Assembly (NCBI GenBank): GCA_050950765.1
Contig: JBMNIF010000003.1
Coordinates: 32,001 to 96,000 of the forward strand
DNA: 64,000 nt
Reading direction: 5' to 3'
From: Bdellovibrionota bacterium
GTDB lineage: Bacteria; Bdellovibrionota_C; UBA2361; JAAYZI01
Shown: piece after piece, positions 10,996 to 21,959 of the stretch
Layout of the letters: every line of letters begins with the position of its first letter
Numbering within the stretch: position 1 is the stretch's first letter
Notes under the pieces: model-generated
What the model was told of the DNA's origin: nothing
Databases searched by the model: none
The model's input: only the letters and a program-made list of their open reading frames with translations
Translations under genes and position numbers: made by a program

Positions 10996-11114
10996 GGGTA
11001 AAAACGTCTTACCAAAAGAAGGAATCGTAGCTTTAGAGGTATTTTTTCCTTTAACACTTAATTGTATTATTTGTAGGGTAAAATTGTCGTGTCAAAAGAA
11101 GGAATCGTAGCTTT
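10996..11114. repeat. ~80-bp period duplication with an exact 22-bp core
   Basis: CAAAAGAAGGAATCGTAGCTTT at 11013-11034 and 11093-11114, each preceded by GGGTAAAA. Confidence 0.75.
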
Positions 11115-11132
11115 TAAGATACGATCTCTCCA

Positions 11133-12251
11133 CTAGGCACGATCTAGGATAATGCGCAAGGCACGTCTAAGAGGCTCTGCCGCTCCCCACAGTAATTGAT
11201 CTCCAACTGTAAAGGCGGTTAAATATTTACCCCCCAGATTCATCTTTCTAAGTCGTCCGATAGGAATATTTAGGGTACCAGAAACTGCTGCCGGAGTTAG
11301 ATATTTTAAAGTCTCTTCTTTATTGTTCGGCACAACCTTTACCCATTCATTCCCTGCTTCGATCATGTTTTGAATCTCTTCAAGTGGCAGGTCTTGTTTA
11401 AGTTTTATCGTTAAGCCTTGACTATGACACCTAAGAGACCCGACACGTACGCAAAGCCCATCAAGAGGGATCTGATTATCACTTTTCCCTAAGATCTTAT
11501 TAGTCTCAACCATCCCCTTCCACTCTTCTCGTGTCTGACCATTATCCATACCTTGATCGATCCATGGGATTAAGCTAGCAGCAAGGGGTGCTCCGAAATA
11601 CTTTGTCGGAAAATCGGTGCTCCTTATCTCCGTTGTTACACTCCTATCTAGCTCTAAAGCGGTGCTGGCAGGATCGTCTAATTGCGTTACGGCAGCAGTG
11701 GTAATACTCGCCATCTGTTGGATCAGTTCTCGCATATTAGCAGCTCCTGCGCCTGATGCTGCTTGATACGTCATGGCGGAAACCCACTCTATCAGGTCGT
11801 GCTGAAATAAAGCGCCTATCGCCATTAACATTAAACTAACGGTGCAATTTCCTCCTACAAAGCACTTAGTTCCATCAATTAGTGCTTTATCAAGTACTTT
11901 ACGATTAACGGGATCAAGGACTATCACAGCCTCATCTGCCATTCGAAGTGTTGAAGCAGCATCGATCCAGTAGCCATTCCAACCACTTTTTCTTAGATCA
12001 AAATAGATCCGAGAGGTGTAATCTCCCCCTTGGCAGCTAAGTAAGATATCCATCTTGGAAAGATCTGTGATGGAATAGGCATCTACTAAATTTGGCACTT
12101 CAAATCCAAAATCAGGACCTTTGGCACCAACTTGTGAGGTGGAGAAAAATAACGGCTCAAAACCTAAGGAAAAATCCCCCTCTTCAACCATTCTTGACAT
12201 CAGCACCGAACCGACCATGCCACGCCATCCGATAAAACCGACCTTTTTCAT
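11133..12251 (-). CDS. asd: Aspartate-semialdehyde dehydrogenase (enterobacterial-type)
   Basis: [40 protein letters not shown]. Confidence 0.96.
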   Translation of the reverse strand: MKKVGFIGWRGMVGSVLMSRMVEEGDFSLGFEPLFFSTSQVGAKGPDFGFEVPNLVDAYSITDLSKMDILLSCQGGDYTSRIYFDLRKSGWNGYWIDAASTLRMADEAVIVLDPVNRKVLDKALIDGTKCFVGGNCTVSLMLMAIGALFQHDLIEWVSAMTYQAASGAGAANMRELIQQMASITTAAVTQLDDPASTALELDRSVTTEIRSTDFPTKYFGAPLAASLIPWIDQGMDNGQTREEWKGMVETNKILGKSDNQIPLDGLCVRVGSLRCHSQGLTIKLKQDLPLEEIQNMIEAGNEWVKVVPNNKEETLKYLTPAAVSGTLNIPIGRLRKMNLGGKYLTAFTVGDQLLWGAAEPLRRALRIILDRA

Positions 12252-12443
12252 GTGCTATTTCCGTTTTAATAAATAATAAAAGTAAAATGGATATCTGATA
12301 ATGAAATACATCAAAAACATTAAATATGAAACAGATAAAAAATCGTTTAATTTAAGGTTAATTCTTAATTTACCACCTCTGTTGTTGCTTTTTTCTTAAG
12401 CGTGATAAAATATATTAGAGCAGTTCAGTTAGGAGAAAAAGAG

Positions 12444-13310
12444 ATGGACGGTATTATTGATGTTGGTGGCGGTTTGCGCGGAATATACACTGCTGGGGTT
12501 TACGACTTTCTTTTTGATAATAAGATAGATTTTAAATATTGCTTAGGTGTATCTGCTGGTAGTGCTAACTTAGTTTCTTATATCGCAAAACAGCGGGGGC
12601 GTAGTTTCCGTTTTTATGATCAATACTCTCATCGCAAAGAGTATATGAGCTTCAATAACATACTAAAAGGAAAACCCTACTTAAGCTTGGATTATATCTA
12701 TTCCACCATTAGTAATTCCGATGGAGAAGACCCTCTCGATTATGCGGCTTTTAGTCGTTCAGAAAGTCAACTGATTGTTGTCGCTACAAAAAAAGATGGA
12801 CAACCTAAGTATTTCACAAAATCTGATATGTCGCAGGATAACTACGATATCTTAAAAGCATCATCAGCGCTCCCCGTTTTTACAAAGCCGTGTCTAATAG
12901 ATGGCGTGCCGTATTTTGATGGTGGTATGGGAGATCCACTTCCCTTTAAAAAAGCTTTTTCAGATGGGTGTGACCGTTTAGTGGTGCTGCTGACCCGTCC
13001 CTTAGATCGTCCTCGTGAGCCGCAAGCTCAACTATGGTTGGCAAAGTTAGCGTTGAGAAAGTTTCCCAAAGTCTATGAAGCGTTAGCAACGAGACATCTA
13101 AGGTATAACGCCGCTATTGCAGAGGTAAAAAAACTGATAGAACAGGGGAAAATTCTAGTTATTGCCCCGAAAGATATCGGTAACCTACAAACCTTAACAA
13201 GAGATAAAGTTATCCTTAAGCAGCTTTATTATAAAGGTTATGAAGATGCTGCTAAGATCCCTGATTTTTTGAAGGCTGACACACCTCTCACCTCTCTAGG
13301 GCTTTCTTAA
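12444..13310 (+). CDS. Patatin-like phospholipase (YjjU/DUF6363 type); start at ATG 12444 after AGGAG
   Basis: GGGLRG, GVSAG, DGG motifs. Confidence 0.88.
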   Translation: MDGIIDVGGGLRGIYTAGVYDFLFDNKIDFKYCLGVSAGSANLVSYIAKQRGRSFRFYDQYSHRKEYMSFNNILKGKPYLSLDYIYSTISNSDGEDPLDYAAFSRSESQLIVVATKKDGQPKYFTKSDMSQDNYDILKASSALPVFTKPCLIDGVPYFDGGMGDPLPFKKAFSDGCDRLVVLLTRPLDRPREPQAQLWLAKLALRKFPKVYEALATRHLRYNAAIAEVKKLIEQGKILVIAPKDIGNLQTLTRDKVILKQLYYKGYEDAAKIPDFLKADTPLTSLGLS

Positions 13311-14640
13311 TTTCACTTTGAAGGTAATACTCCTTTAAGGCTGTCATTAACTCCAGATCGGCACTTGTGGTTTCAGGATTGTTTAGGACGCTCTCTATCT
13401 CTGCAAATAAGACCTCAAATGTTGGGTAGAAATTATCTTCAGCTTTTTCGTCAGTTATTATTTTTTTTATCTGTAAAGATCCTCCGTAACGGTAGTGAGC
13501 ATACTTTTGCAACATATTGTGCATCCGTTCATCTTCTCCTATCGTCCAATCATAATTTGCCAAGTGATAACGTAAGAAGAGTATTTTAGCATCTTTAAGG
13601 GGCGCTTCTCTAAGAGGTGTGATATCGTCACTTTGAATAGCTTTGTTTAGAAGGTCTATGCCAGAGATATCTAAACGGTAGATATCCTGCTCAATATCAC
13701 AAGTGCTATCTTCAAAAAAATTCTTTAAGGTAATCCCTTTAAGATCCTCCTGCGCTTTCTTTGCTAGTTCTATATATTCAGGATCTAGAACAAGGTCGTT
13801 ACGACAAAAGAAGGCAGCTTGCCCCTTATTGATCCAAGTGATGGCAGCACGGGTCGGATTTTCTTTAAATTTATCCAGTCTGATCCATAAAGCGTAACGG
13901 TAGTCATTATCAAAGAGTAAGACGGGGTGGCTTACCGTCCTTTCAGAGGTGGTTAGATCGTAATTAGGAACAATTTCAACTCCGAGATCTCCACACTGCC
14001 ATTTAGTAGCTAAATAAGTCTCTTCGGTTCTAACATCACAACAAAAGTGGTGACTAAGGTGGTGTGCTAATTTTATAGTCAACTCAACGTCGGCAAAAGA
14101 GTGGTGTTGCTGATCTCCCTCCAGTAGTTTGAGGCTTTTTGTGATGGTTTGCAAAGATAGAGAGAGGAGATCTGAATCTTCTTTTGCTGAAGTTCGTGGA
14201 AAGGTATCATCAAAACAGAAGACCTTACGCACGGTATGTAAGAGGTCTTTATAAATAATCCGCCCTCCGAAATACGGATTAAAGCCGTTTCTGATTAAAG
14301 ATGTGCGTAAATACGGGATATCAAAACGTGTCGAATTATACCCAATTAAAGTTACTTTTCTATCCTTAGATTCTTCAATAACGGTTGAGATATAATTAGC
14401 GATCTCAAACATAGCATCTTTTTCTGCTAAGGCTTGCGGATTGTCCTGATGCTTTATGACGTTTGTTCTATTAGCAAGGATGGCAGCAGGGTGTGGCAAC
14501 TGCAAGGGTGAGATCTTAATATCTCCACACAAGGAAGAGTGACGTTCCCACTCTTCATCAACGGTAATAAAGCAATAATTGAGGATCTGACCTACAAAGT
14601 TCTCTTCCGTTGTTTCTAAATCAAAAAAAATAGAAAGCAT
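13288..14640 (-). CDS. DEDDh 3'-5' exonuclease, exonuclease I (SbcB)-like N-terminal domain
   Basis: ExoI FFDLETT, ExoII GYNSTRFD, ExoIII HHSFADV; C-terminal half not recognised. Confidence 0.75.
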   Translation of the reverse strand: MLSIFFDLETTEENFVGQILNYCFITVDEEWERHSSLCGDIKISPLQLPHPAAILANRTNVIKHQDNPQALAEKDAMFEIANYISTVIEESKDRKVTLIGYNSTRFDIPYLRTSLIRNGFNPYFGGRIIYKDLLHTVRKVFCFDDTFPRTSAKEDSDLLSLSLQTITKSLKLLEGDQQHHSFADVELTIKLAHHLSHHFCCDVRTEETYLATKWQCGDLGVEIVPNYDLTTSERTVSHPVLLFDNDYRYALWIRLDKFKENPTRAAITWINKGQAAFFCRNDLVLDPEYIELAKKAQEDLKGITLKNFFEDSTCDIEQDIYRLDISGIDLLNKAIQSDDITPLREAPLKDAKILFLRYHLANYDWTIGEDERMHNMLQKYAHYRYGGSLQIKKIITDEKAEDNFYPTFEVLFAEIESVLNNPETTSADLELMTALKEYYLQSEIKKALER

Positions 14641-14740
14641 AAATAACGCTCAATATCTTAGAGGCAAAAGAGAGTAACTTAGCATAACGAACCATCTCTA
14701 ATAAAGAGACGGCCCGTTAAAGTTAAAGAATGCAATAAAG

Positions 14741-15307
14741 TTACTTTAATGTTGCTTTTTTAATGACGATCGCTTCCGTCGGAACATCTTGGTGCATCCC
14801 TCGATTACCGGTTCTTGCTTCAGCGATAGTATCAACAACATCCATCCCTTCAATAACTTCACCAAAAACGGCATAACCAAAATCACGGGCTCCGTGATCA
14901 AGGAAGGTATTGTCCTTTAAATTGATAAAAAACTGTGATGTGGCACTGTTTATCTCTGAGGTGCGTGCCATGGCGATAGTGCCACGTTTGTTCTTCAACC
15001 CGTTTGCTGCCTCATTTTTAATCGGAGATTTCTGCCCTGTTTTCTCCAACATATTTTCAAGAAAACCTCCCCCTTGCACCATAAAATCAGGGATAACACG
15101 GTGAAAAATCGTATTGTCATAATAACCTGACTTAACATAGTTAACGAAGTTTTCCGTACTAATAGGGGCTTTCTCCTGATTCAGTTTAATAACGATATTC
15201 CCCTTATTGGTTTCCAAAACAACGGTAGGTTCCGCTTGTGCTTCAGTGATGGCACAAGAGCACAAGACTGACATCGGGAAAAGTAAACTCATTAAATTAT
15301 ATTTCAT
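14741..15307 (-). CDS. ppiA: Cyclophilin-type peptidyl-prolyl cis-trans isomerase with signal peptide
   Basis: [35 protein letters not shown]. Confidence 0.92.
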   Translation of the reverse strand: MKYNLMSLLFPMSVLCSCAITEAQAEPTVVLETNKGNIVIKLNQEKAPISTENFVNYVKSGYYDNTIFHRVIPDFMVQGGGFLENMLEKTGQKSPIKNEAANGLKNKRGTIAMARTSEINSATSQFFINLKDNTFLDHGARDFGYAVFGEVIEGMDVVDTIAEARTGNRGMHQDVPTEAIVIKKATLK

Positions 15308-15471
15308 TGATTGAATCCTCTAAAAATAAAAAACTAAACATAAAAACTTTTTTATCGCTCTGTGTCTTTATTTAAAAACAAAAAAGCTCTCGTTTTAGTA
15401 GCGCACAAGGTATTTGAACGGATTATTGGAAAGAGAGCAAGAGATAATAACTTAACTCCCAAGCATTACAG

Positions 15472-16455
15472 TTATAACCAGCCATTTCTCTTGTACCATT
15501 GATAGATAATATGAACCTCTTCTTCAAAGGTATGCTCTGCTTGGTAGCCCAGATCTCTTTGAGCCTTTGAGCAATCAAAAGCACGTGTTTTTGTAAAGAA
15601 ATCTACACGTCGTCGATATAACGGAGGCTCAATGCTGAGGGGGACGCAAATTTTTTCAAGAATAGTTCCGATTAACTGCAATGGAGGTGCTGGCAACCTA
15701 AAAGGTAAAACTTTAACCCCCGCCTCTTTAGCGATAGCTTGGTACGTTTCACGGATAGTTACAGGTCGTCTACCAGCAATAATATAGACCTGTCCATTTG
15801 CAGCTGGCGTTTCATTCGCTAAACGAAAAGCTCTAGCAAGGTCTGTCACCAATATCCAATGAAAGAGTGTCTTTCCATCTCCGATAATAGGGAGAAGGCG
15901 ACGACTGATCCCTTTAAATAATTTTAGGAGTCTACGATCGGATGGTCCCCAGATCATGGCGGGTCTAATAATCGAACCTTGAATTTTTCCGCTCCGTATA
16001 AATTCAAGGGCAACTTTTTCACCTTCACACTTGGAGAGTTGATAAACATCCGCCGGACGATAAGGCTCCCTTTCATTGGCAGGAGGGTTCGGAATATGGC
16101 TGTGCACACCGCCGGTACTGCAATGAATTACACGCGTAACACCTTTTTCTACGGCAGCTTCAAAAACGTTTTGCACTCCTTTGGTATTAACTTCAAAATA
16201 AACGGAATCTGCATATTTAGCTTCACGAAAAATAGCAGCGATATGAAATACAGACTCTACACCATCCATCGCATTTAAGAGGGATGTCCTATCCGTTATA
16301 TCACCGTGCACGAATTCAACAGGTACTCCCTTTAAAACATCACGTTTACTATCATCTCGGATAAGCGCACGCACAGTATAGCCAGAATTAGTTAACTCTT
16401 TACAAAGGTAAGACCCGACGAAGCCTGTACTGCCCGTCACAAGAACTTTAGCCAT
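15472..16455 (-). CDS. NAD-dependent epimerase/dehydratase (extended SDR); start probably ATG 16455
   Basis: VTGSTGFVG, HIAA, YQLSK (YxxxK). Confidence 0.88.
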   Translation of the reverse strand: MAKVLVTGSTGFVGSYLCKELTNSGYTVRALIRDDSKRDVLKGVPVEFVHGDITDRTSLLNAMDGVESVFHIAAIFREAKYADSVYFEVNTKGVQNVFEAAVEKGVTRVIHCSTGGVHSHIPNPPANEREPYRPADVYQLSKCEGEKVALEFIRSGKIQGSIIRPAMIWGPSDRRLLKLFKGISRRLLPIIGDGKTLFHWILVTDLARAFRLANETPAANGQVYIIAGRRPVTIRETYQAIAKEAGVKVLPFRLPAPPLQLIGTILEKICVPLSIEPPLYRRRVDFFTKTRAFDCSKAQRDLGYQAEHTFEEEVHIIYQWYKRNGWL

Positions 16456-16765
16456 TACACTCCCCTTTACAACACCACAAACAACCCGCCACACCTAAAA
16501 ACAATCTATCTTAAACAGAAGTTTCACGATATTTTTAAGGCACAATACCCTTTTATAAAAAGAGCTCTCTACTTGTAAATAAACTAAATTTATTTACCCC
16601 CTATTTTTATATAGATAATTAAGCCTTACCCCTCTTATAGCCATCCTTACTGAAAAGACAGAACAGTGTTTAAATTTAGAGGGTGCTTAAATTCGCAAAT
16701 TAAACACTTACTTTGAACACTTTTATTCTGCTTCTGCGGCGTGCTGTTATTCAATTCGAGAGGAG

Positions 16766-17659
16766 TTATTCATCTTCCGCTATAAAATCTTCCTGCTCAT
16801 AGTAGTAGGAGTAATCGATGCCTTTCATAAAGATATCTCGGTTATTAATCTGATCAGTAAGAGCATTTTGCAGTAGGGATTTTAATGGCTCTGCATCCGA
16901 TACACTTTGTTGCATAGCGTTTAGGTATCCCCTCTTATCAATCTTACTCCAATCCACACACAAGTGCAGGTTCTTTTTCAAAATCAGATCCAACCAGATG
17001 CGTGTACTTCTGCCATTTCCCTCCATAAAAGGGTGGGCTATGTTCATCTCCACGTATTTACGTAGAATATCATCAAAGGAGTTTTCAGGCAGCGCTTCAA
17101 TCTGTGCTAGAGTATCTTTTAAGTAGAGGGCATTTGCAAAACGAAAGTTGCCCTTTGCTATATTGGTTGTTCTAATCTGTCCAGCGAAATCATAAAGCCC
17201 CCCAAAGAGATAAGCATGAATTTGTTGTAAGCCCTTGACGGTGCCTACCTCAATAGTATCAAGCAGAGTGCTATCAAAAAGCGCATATGCTTTGGATTTG
17301 CTCTGACCATCAATGGTTTCATCACTATAGGTAAACCACTGAATAAATCGATTAGCTTCCTTACTGGGAAAGCTTTTTGCTAATTCCAAAATATCATCAT
17401 AATCAAAGGTATCCGTAGTGTACTTTTTACCATCGGCAGCAGTCAGCTTCAGTTGGTTAGCAGCACTAACCAACTGACTCCCCTCCTTCTTTAATCTGTT
17501 TTTTAAGTACTTCCAATAGTTGCGAATTTTGGTGTAATCGTCCTCATTGCGCAGCACGCCCACAATGTCGAGTGCTGAAAACCACCACTTGTTTTGTTCA
17601 TCATCCCAGACAGCCCGCACCTCTCTGTCGTTAAAAAATCTGATAGAAATCTTGCTCAT
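16766..17659 (-). CDS. fic: Fic-domain protein adenylyltransferase with BRO-like N-terminal region
   Basis: Fic motif [13 protein letters not shown]-terminus VRAVWD...WWFSALDIV...YWKYLK. Confidence 0.9.
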   Translation of the reverse strand: MSKISIRFFNDREVRAVWDDEQNKWWFSALDIVGVLRNEDDYTKIRNYWKYLKNRLKKEGSQLVSAANQLKLTAADGKKYTTDTFDYDDILELAKSFPSKEANRFIQWFTYSDETIDGQSKSKAYALFDSTLLDTIEVGTVKGLQQIHAYLFGGLYDFAGQIRTTNIAKGNFRFANALYLKDTLAQIEALPENSFDDILRKYVEMNIAHPFMEGNGRSTRIWLDLILKKNLHLCVDWSKIDKRGYLNAMQQSVSDAEPLKSLLQNALTDQINNRDIFMKGIDYSYYYEQEDFIAEDE

Positions 17660-17740
17660 AAAATCACCCTGACTTTCTCATTATATAACTAATTATCTAT
17701 TAGATTCCTTTATCTGTTCCAGTCTGGTTTTATTAAATTT

Positions 17741-17845
17741 TTAAAGAATTGCATATTTTGTCCCTCTTCCTGAACCGATCTTTTTAATATATGACTTTTC
17801 AATAAGTCGATTCAATATATAGATAACTTTGTCTTTACCAAATCC
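17741..17845 (-). pseudogene. C-terminal winged-helix remnant
   Basis: Manual translation GFGKDKVIYILNRLIEKSYIKKIGSGRGTKYAIL*; GxGRGTKY wing motif; no start codon or N-terminal part. Confidence 0.6.
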
Positions 17846-17923
17846 TTGTGTCTATAACGGATAAGTTTGTTAAGTAGGTTTTCTCTTTGAATAAGCATAT
17901 CTTACCCATTCCAGTTGCAATAA

Positions 17924-19126
17924 TTAGCTTTCATCACCTAACAGCCACCTAGCTATGTCAAATACTTTTATCCCTTCCATTATTGTCATAGGATGTTTTG
18001 TATTTGCCAATAGTATTTTAGGGTAGGCGTCCTTTATTGAAAATAAGGGAGAGAGCTCTCTTTTTAATGTTTGCTCTCTGCTTATATCGTCTGATACTTG
18101 TATATAGATTTTTTCATTCGCTTTTATAGCAACAAAATCTACTTCTTTCTGATAAAGTTTACCCACATAAACTTCATATCCTCTTCTAAGTAATTCAATG
18201 GCTACAATATTTTCGTAAGCTCTTCCGTAATCCATATTCCTAACGCCTAATATAGAATAGCGGAATGATAAATCAGATAAATAATACTTATCATTTATTT
18301 CTAGGTATTTTTTGCCCTTTATGTCGTATCTTTTGACTTTATAGAACATGAAGGCATTGCATAAATATTTAATGTAGTTGCCTATTGTGACATGGGTAGT
18401 TTTGGCTTTGTTCTTATTTAATATGCTAGCAATATTATTAGCTGTGGTAAGATTTGATATGTTATCCATTAAAAATTCAGTTAATGTATCTAAAAGGGTA
18501 GTTTCTTCTATGTTGTACCTGTCAATTAAATCCCTTTTAATTAAGGATGTATAAACATCTTTAATATAAGTAGCAGCATCTTCTTGGTTATTATATAAAT
18601 ATGCCCCCGCTAGTCCGCCTTTTTTTAAGTAGTCTTGTAGATGACTAGGATAGTCATCCTTTATCTCAAAATAATTACAATACTCTTCAAATGAAAATGG
18701 AAATACAGGAATTTCTATAAATCTTCCAGTAAACAGTGTGGCTAAATCAGAACTTAATAAAAAGGCATTAGAACCAGTTAGGTAGATATCATACTTTTTA
18801 CTATTATGGAGGCTGTTAATGGAAAGTTCAAACTTATCACAAAGCTGCACTTCATCAACTATTAAAACATTTTGAGCATTTGGCTTATAATTTTTTTCAA
18901 CATATTCAAAAAGGCTTTTATATTCTTTTAAGTTCTCATATCTTAGATCGCTATAATCGATCTGGATTAAATTGGTTTTTGGATCTGCCTCTTTAATATT
19001 TTTAGCAAAGGCTCTTATAAGCTCAGATTTGCCCGATCTACGTATGCCGGTAATAATCTTTATATCAGGAGTACCCTTAAGACCTTTTAATCTATTTAAG
19101 TATTGAGAACGCTTTATAAGTTTCAT
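17924..19126 (-). CDS. AAA_14 ATPase with DUF4143 domain; start probably ATG 19126
   Basis: Walker A GIRRSGKS, Walker B IVDEVQ, TGSNA, C-terminal EVDFV...YIQV nuclease-like motif. Confidence 0.9.
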   Translation of the reverse strand: MKLIKRSQYLNRLKGLKGTPDIKIITGIRRSGKSELIRAFAKNIKEADPKTNLIQIDYSDLRYENLKEYKSLFEYVEKNYKPNAQNVLIVDEVQLCDKFELSINSLHNSKKYDIYLTGSNAFLLSSDLATLFTGRFIEIPVFPFSFEEYCNYFEIKDDYPSHLQDYLKKGGLAGAYLYNNQEDAATYIKDVYTSLIKRDLIDRYNIEETTLLDTLTEFLMDNISNLTTANNIASILNKNKAKTTHVTIGNYIKYLCNAFMFYKVKRYDIKGKKYLEINDKYYLSDLSFRYSILGVRNMDYGRAYENIVAIELLRRGYEVYVGKLYQKEVDFVAIKANEKIYIQVSDDISREQTLKRELSPLFSIKDAYPKILLANTKHPMTIMEGIKVFDIARWLLGDES

Positions 19127-19132
19127 AGCCTC

Positions 19133-19218
19133 ACTTTCAAGATTGCAATTTATTCTGTTTCTTGAAAGTATTATAGCGCAGACTTTCAAGACTTGCAATT
19201 TTTTTATTTGTTGAAAGT
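19133..19218 (-). promoter_or_regulatory. Sigma70 promoter overlapped by two 37-bp palindromic operators
   Basis: Minus strand TTGCAA (19198-19193)-N17-TATAAT (19175-19170); ACTTTCAA...TTGAAAGT at 19133-19169 and 19182-19218. Confidence 0.75.
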
Positions 19219-19335
19219 GAGTAAGGATATCTTCAATAAAAAGAGGGAGATAGAGCTCCCCTCAAACCACTCGATATTATTCCTTTGATTATAATTACCC
19301 CACTTCAATTTTTTTCCCCTCCCCCCCTAACACGC

Positions 19336-19376
19336 CTATGCGCAAAACTTACGAAAAATAAAAGTTTTGCGCATAG
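19336..19376. repeat. Perfect 15-bp inverted repeat (operator or hairpin)
   Basis: CTATGCGCAAAACTT-N11-AAGTTTTGCGCATAG. Confidence 0.75.
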
Positions 19377-19601
19377 CCGCAATAATGTTATTCCTTCCTC
19401 AAGTAACGATATGTTCCTGCACTTATCCGTTTTGGTTGTAATTATTGACCGTCACTTTGACTAGCATAATTCAAATTTATTCTTGTTTTTTTTTTGGGGG
19501 GGGTATTCCCACTCTTCATATCCGATCATTCGAAAGGTGCGAAACCATTTAATTTATTGCTTGTTTATAAGTAGCAATCAATACCTAGAATCGATAAAAA
19601 A

Positions 19602-20498
19602 TTAAGCATTTTTACCATCAGTTTTTCTCAGTTGGTTTATCTTAAATTCCTCTTCAGCAATCTCTATCTGTTCTTGAATCTGCTTCGTCGTAGGCAAGTA
19701 CTTTTGAATCTCTTTTATTTTCACATTGTCATAGGTGGCGACTCCCATAGGAGTCGTAATCCCCTGAAATGCAAGTTGCACTTCCGTGCGATTCATATCC
19801 TTGCAAATCAATAGACCGATTGTCGGATTATCACTGTCCTTACGAATAATCTCATTCACAGCGTTCACATAAAAATTCAACTTTCCGGCAAATTCAGGTT
19901 CAAACGCTTTAACTTTCAACTCCATTACAACATAGCATCTTAAATATATGTGATAAAATAACAGATCAATTTTTCTGGCTTTTCCTGAAATAATAATCTC
20001 TTTCTGTCTTCCTACAAATGCCCACCCTTCTCCCAATTCTAAAAGAAACCTTGTCATGCGCTGCTCAATAGCTTCTTCCAATGCTATTTCATCATATTCT
20101 GTTGGAAGGCTGATAAATCCAAGGTCATAATTTTCTTTTAAAAGCTCTTGGGCAAGTTTACCCTGTGGCATTGCTAGGCGCTCATCAAAATTAGTGAGCG
20201 CTCCGCCGGATACATGATACAAATCAGCACGAAGACTGTTGTCAAGAGCATTACGGCTCCAGCCCTCCTCGATTATCCGACGAATGTAAAATAATGCCTC
20301 TTCTATTGTCTTACATCTCTGAATAATAAGTACATGGTGCATCCATGGCACATATGCAAACAATTAAGGGAAAATCATTTCTGAAGCAACTTGCTTCAGT
20401 TTTAAACTCTCCATATTAAGGCACTTCTGCATATCTGAAATAAGCGGAATAGTGTCCACTTTTTCTAATTCTTTTTCCTGCTGTTGCAGATAGAACAA
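19602..20498 (-). pseudogene. YhcG/DUF1016 PD-(D/E)XK nuclease family gene, 5'-truncated with an in-frame stop
   Basis: FLLELGEGWAFVGRQ, IDLLFYH, VVMELK, GKLNFY, PTIGLLICK; the frame continues upstream through TAA at 20364-20366 (...LKQVASEMIFP*LFAYVPW); family N-terminus missing. Confidence 0.8.
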
Positions 20499-20769
20499 GG
20501 TTTTCTAGGTTTTGATCTCGTGCTTTCTGATCATGCACTTGAATCAAAATACGATAATGACTTCACGATAGTATGCGAGATTTTCGACACAGCGTGTCAA
20601 GAATCTATACCTTATACTTCAAATTGCCTTGCTCGGAAATTACGTTTTTACCTTAGTTGCCTGTTGTTTTTTTTATCTTACAAAGTTTTTAGCTTAAATA
20701 TATGACTTTAAGAATAATACGCTGTATTAATCTTTTTTTGCGGCGGAAATAATTTATTCATCCCATATT

Positions 20770-21708
20770 TTATAAGTAACTCTTAAAAGCGTCTCTTATA
20801 ACTATAACTTTGTCTATAATTTTTGACATTAATTCAGGATAATTATCTTGTTTACCAAGACTAAAACCTGAAATATAATATTTAATCCTAGAGGCTTTTT
20901 TATCATCAAGTCTTTCCCATATCATTGGGAAGCCAAGTTTTGATTCTATTTCATCCTTATGAGCAAATAAATCATCAAACAAATCCTTGTTGTCTTTAAT
21001 GTAAACTTCAACACCTATATTGCTATCTTTATTTACTAAGGTGATACTTATGTGAGCCTCACTTGTTCCTAACGCAACATCATACCAGTGATCAGTTGAC
21101 GCTCCTCGAATATTAAAAGGTTTGCCTTTCTCAGAAACAACATGATTAAATTCCGTCCAAAAATTTAATCTTTCAGACTGTGTCTTACTCAATTCATCAC
21201 CTTTAGGGCTTTTTGTGCTTTTAACAAAATCATTCGGCTTTTCAATGACTTCAAATTTAGGTGCAGGTAAAGAGTCACCAATTTTGTAAGCATGAATTTC
21301 CAATAGGAAAAAAGAAATTTCTTTCACCATGTTATTATTTAACCATTCAATGGCACTTTTATGTTCTTCTCTTGCTTCTTTAACAATCCAAATAACAACA
21401 TTGGCATCCAGCCCCGATGCATAAGTAATGACTTTTCCTAAATGATCATGATTTGTTGCATCTAGTTGATTTTCTATTATGATCTTTATCCCTGTAGTCT
21501 CATCAACGGCAACAAGATCGCATCGATAGGAGCCAACGTAAACTTCTTTATCTATATCCGTTAATGTTAAGCCCACCGTCTCATTCAATACCTCTATATT
21601 TTCATCTCTTGCAAGCCAGTTTGAGAAGTCATACTGCTCGTGTGACCATAATTCTCTAATATTTACTTCTTCTAACCGCCCTAACTTTTTTATACTCGTG
21701 TATTCCAC
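20770..21708 (-). CDS. DUF4268-containing protein with N-terminal endonuclease-like (NucS-like) domain
   Basis: W.HE..DFSNWL, DLVA...IIENQL...HDHLGK..TY; C-terminal W.RLDDKKASRI. Confidence 0.8.
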   Translation of the reverse strand: MEYTSIKKLGRLEEVNIRELWSHEQYDFSNWLARDENIEVLNETVGLTLTDIDKEVYVGSYRCDLVAVDETTGIKIIIENQLDATNHDHLGKVITYASGLDANVVIWIVKEAREEHKSAIEWLNNNMVKEISFFLLEIHAYKIGDSLPAPKFEVIEKPNDFVKSTKSPKGDELSKTQSERLNFWTEFNHVVSEKGKPFNIRGASTDHWYDVALGTSEAHISITLVNKDSNIGVEVYIKDNKDLFDDLFAHKDEIESKLGFPMIWERLDDKKASRIKYYISGFSLGKQDNYPELMSKIIDKVIVIRDAFKSYL

Positions 21709-21764
21709 CTATATATTCCCAGATTCATTAGACTAAGCTTTTACTATTTTTAAAATTGTCTCGT

Positions 21765-21959
21765 TTAATATCTCATATTTTCAACTGCACGGACTATCGC
21801 TAGATTATGCGTTTGTTTATCTTCCCATTCACTCCAAAAATTCTTTGTAGCATTTCTTGGCTTCAATATAGGCACCTTCAATCGGATTCTACTTGGCAAC
21901 AAAATTGCATCGTCAACAGCCGTTGCTTCACCCACATCTAGGAACGGTAATTGATCTAA
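21765..21959 (-). pseudogene. Frameshifted C-terminal remnant of a HerA/DUF87-like ATPase
   Basis: Manual translation LDQLPFLDVGEATAVDDAI/(frameshift)/LLPSRIRLKVPILKPRNATKNFWSEWED...AVENMRY*; resemblance recalled, not searched. Confidence 0.5.

Noticed and set aside
10812..11132. Island integrated at tRNA-Leu
   Set aside because: No duplicated tRNA 3' end and no integrase; asd follows directly.
14545..14558. TTCCCACTCTTCAT matching the guaA att-like copies
   Set aside because: It lies inside the intact exonuclease CDS (encodes DEEWE), with host-like genes on both sides; treated as coincidence.
20581..20603. GACAC-AGC-GTGTC palindrome resembling abutted IS ends
   Set aside because: Too short, with no transposase remnant or target duplication.
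21822..21830. GAATGGGAA (minus strand) as another guaA att scar
   Set aside because: Explained as codons (EWE) of the HerA-like remnant.
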